A stretch of 63,694 nucleotides of DNA, filler included, from Octopus bimaculoides (lineage: Eukaryota), in the NCBI RefSeq assembly GCF_001194135.2. It is 8 parts of 8 records of this genome, joined end to end, with 100 filler letters (N's around TTAATTAATTAA, not from the genome) between each part and the next. Parts side by side here need not be neighbours in the genome. Positions count along the whole stretch, not along the records: positions 62,485 to 63,694 come from NW_026392321.1; 7 more parts are not named here. One strand, 5' to 3'. Below are positions 62,485-63,694 of this stretch, one piece after another. Each line of letters begins with the position of its first letter. The stretch's first letter is position 1. The translations under genes were made by a program, and so were the position numbers. Below the pieces are notes generated by a model. The model searched no databases. It was not told the DNA's origin and was given only the letters and a program-made list of their open reading frames with translations.

Positions 62485-62954
62485 TGAACTAAGCTTTATT
62501 GCCAATTCTTCAACTGATTATGCAGGATTTTCTTGAAGTAATGCCTCAAGGAGCTTATCGTCAACCTCAATTGGACGTCCTATTCGATCTTCATCTTCAA
62601 GGCTGAAATCTCCACTTCTGAATTTTGCAAACCATCTTCTGTAAGTTCTTTCATTCAAGCATTCTTTCCCATAAACTGAGTGTATGTTTCGAGTCGCTTC
62701 CGCTGCAGAGTTTCCTTTTTTGGTCTCATAAAGCATTATGTGCCTTAAATGCTCTTTGGATACTTCCATGTTAGAAAGGGTTTTAATCAAAGAAATTTTA
62801 ATTCTATTATTCTGTAAAATAATATTTAATTAGTTTAAATGTACACAAATGTATAAAAATAACTTTTAATTCCATTAGACATTCTAATATACTATTAAAT
62901 TTCATTCAATTTTAAAAAAAGGTAAAATTGGACAGAACTTATGGGATGACCTGA
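62485..62954 (-). mobile_element. Mariner 5' end (HTH region), cut by a gap
   Basis: TA|TCAGGTCATCCCATAAGTTCTGTCC TIR; MEVSKEHLRHIMLYE.KKGNSAAEATRNI..WFAKFRSGDFSLEDEDR.GRP. Confidence 0.9.
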
Positions 62955-63160
62955 TAGTTCATAGATGAGAATCAGTTATTCTCCATATAGGATACACTTA
63001 GTTGTGCTCAAGAGATTTAAGCTTGAACAGGTTTAGATGCAAATGTAGGGATAAGCAAAATACAAAAAAAATGTATATATGTTTATATACAAAAAGGTCT
63101 GACTTACACAGAATAGAAATCTTATTAAGAATTAAAGGGGTTGAAGAAAAGTATTACAAA

Positions 63161-63600
63161 TCTAACAGCAGTTTCTCGGTGCTTGGTGGGCCAAAATAAT
63201 GTTTGTAGATTTATTCTATCATCAGATGAAACAAGCCTCCATATTCAGAGAATAGATCTTACATTTAAGGTGTTGACAGAAAGAAGTTCAAAGATGGAAT
63301 GATTTTGATGAGAGCTAAGTGTATTAGAGGGGGGAATTGGGGAGGTATTCAGATAGAGAATAGTAAGAGGAGAACATAAATTTCAAGGGTTAGGGATTAA
63401 TAAGGAGGATAGTAGGGAGTTATAGTAGTAGAAAGTAGTGGAAAGTAGGAGGAAGAGGGGGAGGTGGTGTAGGTGGTATGTGAATAGTAATCTATTGTGT
63501 TAGTTCGTATGAAGGCTATAGAACTAATAGTTGAGACAGTGAGAAAGGAATGGCCATTATTTGAGGGAAATAAGTTGACTGGTTCAGTGGCTGAGGGAGA
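63161..63600 (-). mobile_element. Penelope-like remnant with degenerate hammerhead core
   Basis: CTGATGA (63219-63225) ... GAAAC TGCT GTT agat. The plus-strand string tctaacagc.gtttct is shared with 4201-4216. Confidence 0.35.
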
Positions 63601-63694
63601 TTATGGCGTAATGGTCAAGAGCGCCAGCTACTAACTTCAAGATCCCGAGTTCAATTCCAGGCAGTGACCTGAATAATAATAATAATAATAATAA
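63600..63694 (+). mobile_element. Short tRNA-derived SINE head with (AAT)n tail
   Basis: TGGCGTAATGG A box, GAGTTCAATTCC B box, no acceptor stem, followed directly by (AAT)n. Confidence 0.6.

Overview
AT-rich, microsatellite-dense metazoan genomic DNA from a gapped draft assembly. The repeat families resemble those of octopus (inference; not searched). No prokaryotic features are present: no CRISPR, rRNA or intact tRNA. Only two protein-coding signals are well supported. (1) An intronless 494-aa gene on the minus strand (23688-25172) encodes a signal peptide, six CCP/sushi modules and a Cys-rich, SRCR-like tail; it has a TATA box upstream and an ATTAAA directly after the stop. (2) An isolated 57-nt minus-strand exon (10268-10324) is missed by the ORF track and reads like CDKL1/CDKL4 kinase subdomain X; I could not find its neighbouring exons. 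The rest is mobile DNA: three tRNA-derived SINE families; RTE, CR1-like and R4/Dong-like LINE fragments; Tc1/mariner, hAT, Merlin-like and piggyBac-like elements; and many foldback MITEs, several with exact target-site duplications (TSDs). Several Penelope-type hammerhead ribozyme cores are also present: one near-intact, one split by a SINE and others degenerate. CpG-retaining and CpG-poor blocks appear to alternate along the window. Most ORFs in the supplied track are artefacts of microsatellites or N-runs. Coordinates of degenerate repeats are approximate.
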